Below are positions 1 through 7,461 of a stretch of 64,000 bases of DNA, piece by piece (position 1 is the stretch's first letter; each line of letters starts with the position of its first letter). Source of the stretch: Candidatus Methylomirabilota bacterium (GTDB taxonomy: Bacteria; Methylomirabilota; Methylomirabilia; Rokubacteriales; CSP1-6); contig DASYUQ010000077.1 in NCBI GenBank assembly GCA_036001065.1, positions 12,299 to 76,298 on the forward strand. Reading direction: 5' to 3'. Both the position numbers and the translations under genes were made by a program. The notes under the pieces were generated by a model. The model was given only the letters and a program-made list of their open reading frames with translations. It was not told the origin of the DNA and did no database searches.

Positions 1-1148
1 GAGCACTGCCAGCACAGGTGGCGCTGCGGGTAGTTCACGGCGCCGCAGTCGGCGCACTTCTGGCCGTAGAGCCGAAGGTTCTGCCGTTCCTCCCGCACCA
101 GCGTCGGGACGCTCGAGAACGAGCGGATGACCTCGGTGTCGACGTGGCGGCGGAATCGCAGGAACTTGCCGTAATGCCCGAGCGCCCGGCCGGCGGCGAG
201 CTGCCCGCCCACGGGCCGCGGGGGGCGGAAGCCAGCGATCGCATCCGTCGCCTCGAAGAGCAACGCCTCCGCCCCGTTGCCGTACGACACCACCAGGATC
301 TGATCGTGAGGCTTCGCCTCCTCCATGACGGAGGCCAGCTCCAGCAGGCAGGAGGCGGCACCCGTGTTGCCGGCCCGCCCGATGACGGGCTCCCCGGGCA
401 CCGCGGCCTCGGGAAACTTCAGCTGGCGGACCAGCGCCGCGTGGGTGCGGGCATCGGGGCCGTAGAGCACGAGCCTGGCGACGTCCTCCCGCTTCCGACC
501 CGTTTTCCGGAGGAGCCCGTCGATGGCCTCGGGGATGTGCTTGTCGAGCCCGTGAGCCTTGATGAACGTCAGATCGGGCAGTGACTGGACGTAGCGCTCG
601 CCATCGTTGCGCCAGAAATCGGTGAACTCGTGGCTGGCCGTGAATGCTCCCTCGAAGGAGGCGATGACGTCGGCGGTCCCGATCAGCGCCGCGCCGGCGC
701 CGTCGCCCACGAGCATCTCCAGCTCGCCGCCGGGCGCGACCGGCCGCATGTCCGCCGCCGCCACCAGCGCCTCGGCCGCCGAGCCCGCCCGCACCGTGTC
801 GAGCGCCAGACGGAGCGCGGTGGTGCCGCAGCGGAGCGATCCCCCGAGATCGGCAGTGAGCACGCCCGCCCCCAGGTCGACGACGCTGGCCAGAAGCGTG
901 GCGCTGGACTTCTCGACGTAGGGCGCGGAGGTCGAGGCGAAGAAGCAGGCGCCGATGCCGGAGACGGCGCGCGCGCCGATGGCGTTGAGGGCCGCCTCGC
1001 AGGCCATGGTAAGGGCGTCCTCGTCGTAGTTGGCCACGGCGCGCCCGCCGCCGCCCCCGCCCCACACCTGCGCGACCGTCTGGCCCGACAGCCGGTAGCG
1101 CGGCACGTAGCCCCCCACGCTCACGAGACCGATCTTCGGATCAGCCAT
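1..1148 (-). CDS. HMG-CoA synthase-family condensing enzyme fused to a C-terminal DUF35 Zn-ribbon/OB-fold domain (5' ATG at 1148, 3' end cut by window start)
   Basis: Minus-strand translation from ATG at 1148 gives MADPKIGLVSVGGYVPRYRLSG...ANYDEDALTMACEAALNAIG...ACFFASTSAPYVEKSSA...LRCGTTALRLA. This matches HMGCS hallmarks (ANxDEDS(I/L)TMA, FATES-like, C-G-(G/T)-T-A-L). The C-terminal part visible before the window edge (YGQKCADCGAVNYPQRHLCWQC) is a DUF35-type C4 Zn ribbon. The gene is not in the ORF track because it runs off the window. It sits 14 bp downstream of the CoA-transferase stop. Confidence 0.6.
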   Translation of the reverse strand, partial: MADPKIGLVSVGGYVPRYRLSGQTVAQVWGGGGGGRAVANYDEDALTMACEAALNAIGARAVSGIGACFFASTSAPYVEKSSATLLASVVDLGAGVLTADLGGSLRCGTTALRLALDTVRAGSAAEALVAAADMRPVAPGGELEMLVGDGAGAALIGTADVIASFEGAFTASHEFTDFWRNDGERYVQSLPDLTFIKAHGLDKHIPEAIDGLLRKTGRKREDVARLVLYGPDARTHAALVRQLKFPEAAVPGEPVIGRAGNTGAASCLLELASVMEEAKPHDQILVVSYGNGAEALLFEATDAIAGFRPPRPVGGQLAAGRALGHYGKFLRFRRHVDTEVIRSFSSVPTLVREERQNLRLYGQKCADCGAVNYPQRHLCWQC

Positions 1149-1162
1149 GGGTGATGTCTCCA

Positions 1163-3040
1163 CTATCCAAGGAAATACCGCCTCGGATCGAAGAGCCGGA
1201 TGAGCCGCAGCTCGTCCGGCGTCGGGGGATCGAAGCGCCGCAGGGCCGGGGCGACCTTCAGCTCCCAGCCGCACGCCTCCCGCGCAGCCCGGACGGCTTC
1301 CGCCTCGGGCGGCCCCGCCAGGACGCCCGTCAGGATCAGCTCGGAGCTCTCGTCGGGCTTCTCGTACACGCCCCGGTCCGACACGACGGTCGTGACGCGC
1401 GTGCCCGGCGCCGTGATGTACGGCGCCTTGTCGACGAAGCGCTCCCGGCTCTGGGCCAGCGTCACGACGACCTCCCGCGCCGACGAGGCGATGTCGTTGG
1501 CTCCGCCCGAGCCCGTGATGTACAGGGTCCCCGGCACGATGGTCGAGTTGATGTTGCCGTGCTTGTCGATCTGCCCCGCCGCCAGCGAGCCGAGGCAGCG
1601 GTTCTCGCTCCCGCCCATGAAGATGCCCATAACGTGGAAGATGTCGGTGAGCATCTTGGACGACGGGAAGTTGCGGAACGAGAAGACGAACGGCTCGGCC
1701 GGGCGCGGCAGATAGCCGACCATCCCCGTCTCGGCCATCAGCTCCACGTCGACGCCGGCGGCCTTCAGCTCGTAGGCGCTGAGCCAGGCGGCCAGGTTCG
1801 AGTTGCCCACGCCGGCCAGGAAGGCGCGATAGCCCCGCGCCCTCACCTTCTCGCCGAGCAGGCGCGCCGCGGCCACCACCATCATCTCCGCTGCGGTGAA
1901 GCCGCCGTCGGCGGGAATGGCGGGCGCGAGCATCTCCAGCTCCCAGACCCAGGCGTCGGTGTGGGCGCGGCCCTTGACCTCCATCAGCCGCTGGTAGCCC
2001 AGCCGGGCGACGTAGGCCCCCTGGTCCGGCACCTCCAGCATCCACTCCTTGATCCAGGCCTCCGCCGTCTCGCGCTTCCGGAAGGCGCGGCGCAGCGTGA
2101 GGATGAAGTCGAGGTCCTCCGCGTATCCCTCCAGCTCGGCGACGTTCATGCCGTACATCCCGGCGGGATGGGCCCCGAACGGCGCCTCCACCACGGCCGC
2201 GACGTACTGTCCCGGCAGTCGCACCAACGGGGCGTGGCGGCGGATGAACTCGGTCGAGACGACCTTCTCGACGCTGACGATGGCGCCCCCGCGGGCGGCC
2301 ATCGCCGCGTAGAAGTTCTCGTTGAGGGGCGCGGCGGCGAGGACGTTGCCGGCGCGGTCGGCGGCCCAGGCGTGAAACAGCGCCACATCCGGCTTGAGCG
2401 AGCGCACGAACCCGACCCTTCGAGCGCCGGCTCCGCCGGCACAACCCTCCGATGGGGAGGTTCGGAGGGGGTCGTGAGGCCCTCTCTGACTAGGGATCTC
2501 GGAGGGGGCCGTAACGTCCGCCCCCTCCGAAAAAAACGGGTCGGGGGCGGCGAGGAAATCGCCATCGCGCGCGTTGTCCTCCTCCATCGAGGAGCCGAGC
2601 AGCGAGCGCGTGGGCATGAAGGGCACGCCCAGCGCGCCCCCGATCAGCCTGAGCGGCATCGTCAGCATCGACCAGTTCTGGACGGCCACCTGGCCGCCGA
2701 GCACGGCGCGGCCGACCAGCGGCTGGGGCGTCGGATAAGGATAGCCCTCGCCGATGAAGGTCGTGACGAGGCGCTCGACGAGGCCGCCCACGACGAACGC
2801 CGTCCAGGGCGAGCCGAACCCGGTCATCGCCAGCGTCCAGCCCGGCCTCCGGCCCCACCACTGGCGGATCACCTCTCGCACCAGCGCGTTCGGGCGGCCG
2901 TGGGCGGCGCCCAGGTAGATGGTCTGGCGCGGCGCGATCAGGCGCCGCACCGCCTCCTCCAGGGTCGTCACCTTGTCCGGCCCTTCGGTGGGCGGCAGCG
3001 CGAGGCGTCGCCCGATCAGCTCCGCGTAGTCCGAGCGCAT
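1163..3040 (-). CDS. Family I CoA-transferase, fused alpha-like + beta-like subunits (GctAB/AtoDA-type), with an about 39-aa in-frame repeat-derived insertion
   Basis: 625-aa ORF. The C-terminal half carries the beta-subunit catalytic-glutamate motif (GGSENRCLGSLAAGQIDKHGNINSTIV). The N-terminal half resembles the alpha subunit. Residues about 168-207 (PFFSEGADVTAPSEIPSQRGPHDPLRTSPSEGCAGGAGARRVG) are encoded by repeat copy A. Confidence 0.65.
   Translation of the reverse strand: MRSDYAELIGRRLALPPTEGPDKVTTLEEAVRRLIAPRQTIYLGAAHGRPNALVREVIRQWWGRRPGWTLAMTGFGSPWTAFVVGGLVERLVTTFIGEGYPYPTPQPLVGRAVLGGQVAVQNWSMLTMPLRLIGGALGVPFMPTRSLLGSSMEEDNARDGDFLAAPDPFFSEGADVTAPSEIPSQRGPHDPLRTSPSEGCAGGAGARRVGFVRSLKPDVALFHAWAADRAGNVLAAAPLNENFYAAMAARGGAIVSVEKVVSTEFIRRHAPLVRLPGQYVAAVVEAPFGAHPAGMYGMNVAELEGYAEDLDFILTLRRAFRKRETAEAWIKEWMLEVPDQGAYVARLGYQRLMEVKGRAHTDAWVWELEMLAPAIPADGGFTAAEMMVVAAARLLGEKVRARGYRAFLAGVGNSNLAAWLSAYELKAAGVDVELMAETGMVGYLPRPAEPFVFSFRNFPSSKMLTDIFHVMGIFMGGSENRCLGSLAAGQIDKHGNINSTIVPGTLYITGSGGANDIASSAREVVVTLAQSRERFVDKAPYITAPGTRVTTVVSDRGVYEKPDESSELILTGVLAGPPEAEAVRAAREACGWELKVAPALRRFDPPTPDELRLIRLFDPRRYFLG
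2420..2537. repeat. GC-rich palindromic repeat element, copy A (forward orientation), inside the CoA-transferase CDS in-frame
   Basis: Sequence: ttcgagcgccggctccgccggc...gatggggaggttcggagggggtcgtgaggccctctctgactagggatctcggagggggccgtaacgtccgccccctccgaaaaaaa. It is near-identical to copy B (32414-32520) and shares 5' and 3' modules with copies C, D, E and F. Internal hairpins: GCCGGCtccGCCGGC and TTCGGAGGGGG...CCCCCTCCGAA. Confidence 0.65.
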
Positions 3041-3046
3041 CTTTCC

Positions 3047-3394
3047 CTAGCGTGGTGAGAAGATGCGGGCCTTGATCCGACCCGGCACCCAGCCGGCCAG
3101 CAGGTGGGCCGCCCGCGCCAGCCGCTCCAGCGACGCGGCGCTCCCCGGCCAGTACTTGAGCAGCAGGGCGCGGTCGACGTAGTTGAGGATCCCGTCGAGG
3201 ATGATCGCCGCCAGCAGGAGATCGTCGAGGTAGCCCAGGAACGGGATGAAGTCGGGGATCAGGTCGATGGGACTGGCCAGGTAGACCGCCGCGGCGGCCA
3301 GGGCGATCTTGGCCGGGCGCGGCAGTACCGGGTCGCCCACGAGCCGGGCGATCAGCCGTACGAGGTCGGGCAGCGCGCGCAGCAGCTCCTTCAC
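3047..3394 (-). CDS. DUF1232 (YkvA-like) small membrane protein
   Basis: 115 aa with the DUF1232 signature PIDLIPDFIPFLGYLDDLLL and hydrophobic segments. Its start ATG overlaps the upstream gene's stop (ATGA). Confidence 0.55.
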   Translation of the reverse strand: MKELLRALPDLVRLIARLVGDPVLPRPAKIALAAAAVYLASPIDLIPDFIPFLGYLDDLLLAAIILDGILNYVDRALLLKYWPGSAASLERLARAAHLLAGWVPGRIKARIFSPR

Positions 3395-5376
3395 TCCAGG
3401 CTCTCCGCCACCAGCTCGCTCACATCTTTGACTTGAAGTCGCTCCTCGGCCCCCTTGACCTTACGGCCCAGGTCGATCATCGCCAGGCAGAAGGGACAGG
3501 CGGTGCCCACCATGGTCGCCTCGGTCTCCAGGGCCTCCTCCACCCGGATGATGTTGACGCGCTTCCGGGACTTCACCTCCATCCACATGTGGCCCCCGCC
3601 CCCGCCGCAGCAGAGCCCGCGTTCGCGGTTGCGCGGCATCTCGATGACCCGGAGACCGGGAAGCGCGCGGGCCACGGCCCGGGGCGCCTCCATGATGCCG
3701 TTGTAGCGTCCGAGATAGCAGGAGTCGTGGAAGGCCAGCGTCGCGTCGAGGGCCTTTTTCGGCTTGATCCGGCCGGCGGCGAGCAGCTCGTTGATGACCA
3801 CCGAGTGGTGGACCACCTCGTAGGTGCCGCCGAACTGGGGGAACTCGTTCTTGATGGTGTTGAAGCAGTGGGGGCAGTGGGTGAGGACCTTCCGGAAGCG
3901 GTACCGGCCCAGCGCCTCGACGTTCTCCTGCTGCACGGTCTGGTACAGGTACTCCTCGCCCAGCCGGCGCGCGACCTCGCCGTGGCAGCGCTCCTCCGGC
4001 ATCACCGCGAAGGACACGCCGGCCGCTTTGAGGATCCTCACCACGGACCGCGCGATCGACTGGTTGCGCTTGTCGTAGGAGGCGGAGCAGCCGACCCAGT
4101 AGAGGTACTCGACCTCTTTGCCCGGCTCCATGAGCGGCACGTCGAGCCCGTGCGCCCAGGCCAGCCGCTCGCTGGCCGGCAGCCCCCAGGGGTTGCCCGC
4201 CCGCTGGATGTTCTGCAGCGATTGCGGCGCCGTCGACGGGAGAGCGCCCTCCGACAGCGCCAGATACCGGCGGAGGTCGATGATGGTGTCGACGATGTCG
4301 ATGAAGGCCGGGCACTCCTGCACGCAGGCCATGCAGGTCGTGCACGCCCACAGCTCCTCGGCCTTGATGAGTTGGCCGTGGATCGGTCCGGGCAGCTCGC
4401 CGTGCAGGTGCCGCTTGAGCTTCACGATGATCTGCTTGGGGGATAGCGCCGTGCCCGCCATGTAGGCGGGGCAGACCGCCTGACAGCGCCCGCACTCCAC
4501 GCACGCGTCGAAGTCTAGCCGTCGCTTCCACGAGAACTCCTCGAGCTTCGAGATGCCGAACGACTCGGCCTCCTCGATGTTCTCGATCTTGGGGATCTCG
4601 CCGCGGGGGCCGAGCTTCGAGAAGAAGATGTTCAGCGGCGTGGTCAGGAGGTGGACGAAGTAGGAGTAGGGGATGACGGCGACGAAGGCCAGGGAGATCG
4701 CCGCGTGGAACAGCCAGGTCCCCAGATGGAGCGCACGCAACGCGCCCTCCGACATCCCGGCCGCCAGCATCGTCCGCCCCAGCGCCCAGCCCACCGGCGA
4801 CCACGGCGCCCACGCCGGCTCGACGACGGCCAGGCGGCAGGCCTCCATGATGAAGCCCGTGAGGTTGATCACGAAGAGCAGGGCCAGCACGCCGGCGAAG
4901 CGCGCCGTGGGATCGAGGCGATCCGGGCGCGCGACGAAGCGCCGCCCCACCGCCATGCCGAGCCCGATGACGAAGAAGAGCCCGAAGAGGTCGAGCACCG
5001 TCTCGTAGAAGAGGTAGAACGGCCCCTGGAGCAGCTTCACGTCGAAGAGCGGCAGCGTGATGTCCCAGTCGATGGTGGCCAGCACGGTGCCCATGAAAAG
5101 GGCGAGGAAGCCCCAGAATATGATCGCGTGCATGACCCCCGGATAGGCCTGGGAGAGTGTGCGGGCCTGGCCGAGCGCGTGCACCAGCACGAGCTTGACG
5201 CGTTCGGGAACCCGGTCGAATCGGTCCTGGGGGCGGCCGGCGCGCCACAGCCGGACGCGCTGCCACATACCGTAGACGAAGACGGCGACGGCCGCGAGGG
5301 CGCCGGCGTAGAGCGCGATCTGAGCCCAGGCCGGAACATTCCAGAAGGTGTCGCGGAACGGAATCTGTCCGGTCAT
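3391..5376 (-). CDS. Membrane-anchored iron-sulfur oxidoreductase: NarI/DsrM-like polytopic N-terminal domain + two 4Fe-4S ferredoxin motifs + two CCG (HdrD/DsrK/GlpC-like) cysteine-rich domains
   Basis: True start is ATG at 5376 (MTGQIPFRDTFWN...), overlapping the meaB stop as ATGA. The track ORF 3391..5925 carries a spurious 183-aa Arg/Gly-rich N-terminal extension. About 5-6 predicted TM helices are followed by CVECGRCQAVCP and CTTCMACVQECP, then the CCG motifs WVGCSASYD and LCCGGGGGHMW...CPFC. The architecture matches DsrMK/HmeCD-type and the membrane FeS oxidoreductases (DUF224) that accompany EtfAB in syntrophs. Confidence 0.65.
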   Translation of the reverse strand: MTGQIPFRDTFWNVPAWAQIALYAGALAAVAVFVYGMWQRVRLWRAGRPQDRFDRVPERVKLVLVHALGQARTLSQAYPGVMHAIIFWGFLALFMGTVLATIDWDITLPLFDVKLLQGPFYLFYETVLDLFGLFFVIGLGMAVGRRFVARPDRLDPTARFAGVLALLFVINLTGFIMEACRLAVVEPAWAPWSPVGWALGRTMLAAGMSEGALRALHLGTWLFHAAISLAFVAVIPYSYFVHLLTTPLNIFFSKLGPRGEIPKIENIEEAESFGISKLEEFSWKRRLDFDACVECGRCQAVCPAYMAGTALSPKQIIVKLKRHLHGELPGPIHGQLIKAEELWACTTCMACVQECPAFIDIVDTIIDLRRYLALSEGALPSTAPQSLQNIQRAGNPWGLPASERLAWAHGLDVPLMEPGKEVEYLYWVGCSASYDKRNQSIARSVVRILKAAGVSFAVMPEERCHGEVARRLGEEYLYQTVQQENVEALGRYRFRKVLTHCPHCFNTIKNEFPQFGGTYEVVHHSVVINELLAAGRIKPKKALDATLAFHDSCYLGRYNGIMEAPRAVARALPGLRVIEMPRNRERGLCCGGGGGHMWMEVKSRKRVNIIRVEEALETEATMVGTACPFCLAMIDLGRKVKGAEERLQVKDVSELVAESLE

Positions 5377-6368
5377 GAGTGTCCCAACGATAGCACGGCG
5401 AGAACGACCTCCGCGGCGGCGTACGGGTCGAGCTGCCCGTCGGCGACCCGATCGAACGTCTGGGCCAGGTCGCCCGAGCGCAGCATCCGCTCCACGCTGT
5501 CCCTGAACTCCTCCACCAGGAGACTCTTGAACTCGTCGCGCCGCCGGGCCCGGCGCCGTTCGGCCAGCGCGCCCGCTCCCTCCAGAGCTGCGCGGTGGCC
5601 GACGACCGTGTCGAGCAGCTCGGCCATCCCGCCGTTGTTCTGGGCCTCCGTCGCCAGCACGGGGATCTCCCAGTCGACGTCGCGCGGCGCGGTGGGGCTG
5701 GTGGAGGCCAGGTGGGCGGCGAACTTCAGCTCCGCCATCAGGGCGGGGGCGCCGGTGCGGTCGGCCTTGTTGACGACGAAGACGTCGGCCGCCTCCATGA
5801 GGCCCGCCTTCATCGTCTGGATGGCGTCGCCCGACTCCGGCACCAGGATGACCACCGTCGTGTCGGCGAGCTTCATGATGTCGAGCTCGGTCTGGCCCAC
5901 GCCCACGGTCTCGATGAGGATCCACGGAAACCCGAACGCGGCCAGGAGCTTGATGACGTCGCCGGTGGCGCGGGCCAGCCCGCCGAAGGCGCCGCGCGTC
6001 GCCATGCTCCGGATGAAGACGCCGGGGTCGAGCGCGTGGGCCTGCATGCGGATGCGATCGCCCAGCACCGCGCCCCCCGTGAACGGACTCGACGGATCCA
6101 CGGCGACGACGCCGACGGTCTGCTCGCGCGCGCGGAGCAGCGCGGTCAGCCGGTCCACGACTGTCGATTTACCGGCGCCGGGTGGCCCCGTCACGCCCAC
6201 GACGTAGGCGCCCTGCGCCCGCGGATGGATCGCGCGCATGATGGCGGGCACCGCCTCCCTGCGGTTCTCGACGTGGGTGATGAGACGCGCCAGCGCCAGC
6301 CGGTCGCCGGCCAGCATGCGCTCGACGAGCGCGTCGATTTTCTGCGGGCGGGTCTTCGGATCAGGCAT
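5373..6368 (-). CDS. meaB: MeaB/ArgK-family G-protein (B12-dependent acyl-CoA mutase metallochaperone)
   Basis: 331 aa with P-loop GVTGPPGAGKST, VETVGVGQ and NKAD. This is typical MeaB. It is the first gene of a 5-gene minus-strand operon. Confidence 0.8.
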   Translation of the reverse strand: MPDPKTRPQKIDALVERMLAGDRLALARLITHVENRREAVPAIMRAIHPRAQGAYVVGVTGPPGAGKSTVVDRLTALLRAREQTVGVVAVDPSSPFTGGAVLGDRIRMQAHALDPGVFIRSMATRGAFGGLARATGDVIKLLAAFGFPWILIETVGVGQTELDIMKLADTTVVILVPESGDAIQTMKAGLMEAADVFVVNKADRTGAPALMAELKFAAHLASTSPTAPRDVDWEIPVLATEAQNNGGMAELLDTVVGHRAALEGAGALAERRRARRRDEFKSLLVEEFRDSVERMLRSGDLAQTFDRVADGQLDPYAAAEVVLAVLSLGHS

Positions 6369-6384
6369 CGGCCGACGGGTCCCC

Positions 6385-6410
6385 GGAATTGTAGCACTCT
6401 GCTAGTATGG
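6385..6410. promoter_or_regulatory. AT-rich divergent promoter island: extended -10 (TGcTACAAT) on the minus strand for meaB, and TAGTAT -10-like on the plus strand for the small membrane ORF
   Basis: The plus strand reads ggaattgtagcactctgctagtatgg. This is the only AT-rich patch in a GC-rich region. Minus-strand gTGcTACAAT lies about 20 nt upstream of the meaB ATG (6368). No convincing -35 is present. Confidence 0.3.
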
Positions 6411-6417
6411 CCGGCTG

Positions 6418-6789
6418 ATGCGGGGCCTCCCCATGCTCGTCGCGCTCGCCGCCGCCGAACAGCCCCTCACGCTGCAGCGGGTATGGCTCGACCGCCTGGC
6501 GATCATCATTCCGGCGACCATGGCGACGCGGTGGCTGCTCCTCGCCGACCTCGCCTGCCTGATCGCGCTGGGGCTGGGGATGCGCCGGCCGCTGCTCGGC
6601 GTGGTCCTCACCCTTGGCGGAGGATTCCTTGTCCTCAACGGCCTCGGCATGGCGCTCACGGATTTCTACCTGGGACTCGCCCTCTTTCACTTCGTCGTCG
6701 GCGTCACCGTGGTCCTGTTCGCGCGCCGCGCGCGCTGGCTGGGCGCGGCGGCGCTGGGACTGGCGCTCGTCCTCGGCGCCCTCACCTGA
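6418..6789 (+). CDS. Small hydrophobic membrane protein (hypothetical)
   Basis: 123 aa with about 4 predicted TM helices (LVALAAA..., LLLADLACLIALGL, VVLTLGGGFLVLNGLGMAL, LALFHFVVGVTVVLF). Plus-strand codon usage is GC3-rich. It is convergent with the cytochrome gene, and an alternative start is at 6433. Confidence 0.4.
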   Translation: MRGLPMLVALAAAEQPLTLQRVWLDRLAIIIPATMATRWLLLADLACLIALGLGMRRPLLGVVLTLGGGFLVLNGLGMALTDFYLGLALFHFVVGVTVVLFARRARWLGAAALGLALVLGALT

Positions 6790-6797
6790 TGACGGCC

Positions 6798-7355
6798 TTA
6801 CATCTCCTTGTGGCACTCCAGGCAGATGGGGACGACGAGCGTCCTGGAGATAAACCGGTTGGTGGCGTCGCTGTCCGTCGTGTGCGTCGTGTGACAGCGC
6901 ACGCAAGCCACCCTCACCGTGTCGTGCTCGCGGATGGCATGGTAGGAGGTGCCTCCCCGGCCTTCGGTCGCCTCCTCGGCCTCGAACTCCGCACCGGGGT
7001 CGACGGCCCGCGCCGGGCTCCCCGCCGCCTCGCCGTCGGCGCGCGACACGCGCAGAATCGGCGTGTGGCACTGGCGGCAGTCGGCGTCGCGCAGCGGCAG
7101 CCGCATGTGCGTCGGCTCCTGATAGGCGCCGGCCAGGAACTTCAGCGTGTCGAACCCCGCCACGGCCCAGACCGTCAAGCGCATCCCGGAATCGGCGCCG
7201 CCGTGACAGGCGATGCACCCGACCGCCGCGTCCTGGCGGTGATGCTGCCCGGCCAGATCGCCAGGCATGGCCGCGGTCAGACCCCCGAACTTCTCATCGT
7301 GCAGGTGGCAGGAGACGCAGAAGCGGTTGTCGCGCTCCTTGGCGGCGAGCGCCAC
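6798..7355 (-). CDS. NapC/NirT/NrfH-family membrane-anchored multiheme cytochrome c (5 CxxCH); likely N-terminal extension to about 7436
   Basis: The ORF from GTG 7355 contains CVSCH, CIACH, CRQCH, CVRCH and CLECH. In-frame upstream codons (no stop back to 7445) encode a TM anchor, IARSFGRSLALWAAGGAGALLLGSLFLVALAAKERDNRFCVSCH. This is the NrfH/NapC arrangement (TM helix, then first heme). The only start-like codon there is ATC at 7436, 8 nt after a GAGAGGAGGA Shine-Dalgarno. Confidence 0.6.
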   Translation of the reverse strand: MALAAKERDNRFCVSCHLHDEKFGGLTAAMPGDLAGQHHRQDAAVGCIACHGGADSGMRLTVWAVAGFDTLKFLAGAYQEPTHMRLPLRDADCRQCHTPILRVSRADGEAAGSPARAVDPGAEFEAEEATEGRGGTSYHAIREHDTVRVACVRCHTTHTTDSDATNRFISRTLVVPICLECHKEM

Positions 7356-7461
7356 CAGGAAGAGCGAACCGAGAAGCAGGGCTCCCGCCCCGCCCGCCGC
7401 CCAGAGTGCGAGAGACCGTCCGAACGACCGGGCGATGGCGGGAGTCCTCCTCTCGCGGGTG

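Noticed and set aside
1151-3058. Long plus-strand ORFs antisense to real genes (for example 1151..3058, 3433..4446, 4651..6207, 5595..7499, 11152..13038, 13801..15249, 15392..16564, 16024..17577, 18668..20098, 20098..21489, 22223..23962, 24569..25957, 27076..28620, 29546..30847, 34965..37061, 39638..40963, 41263..44007, 44091..45770, 46052..47974, 48326..50935)
   Set aside because: They are Arg/Gly/Pro/Ala-rich low-complexity translations typical of antisense frames in about 70% GC DNA. In every case the opposite strand encodes a protein with clear family motifs.
5377-5925. Arg/Gly-rich N-terminal extensions on track ORFs (for example first 183 aa of 3391..5925, first 120 aa of 16132..17721, first 190 aa of 49217..51157, first 243 aa of 50587..52485, 138 aa before rpsI)
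   Set aside because: They are read-through of the upstream gene in another frame. Conserved family N-termini, RBS positions and stop/start overlaps place the true starts downstream.
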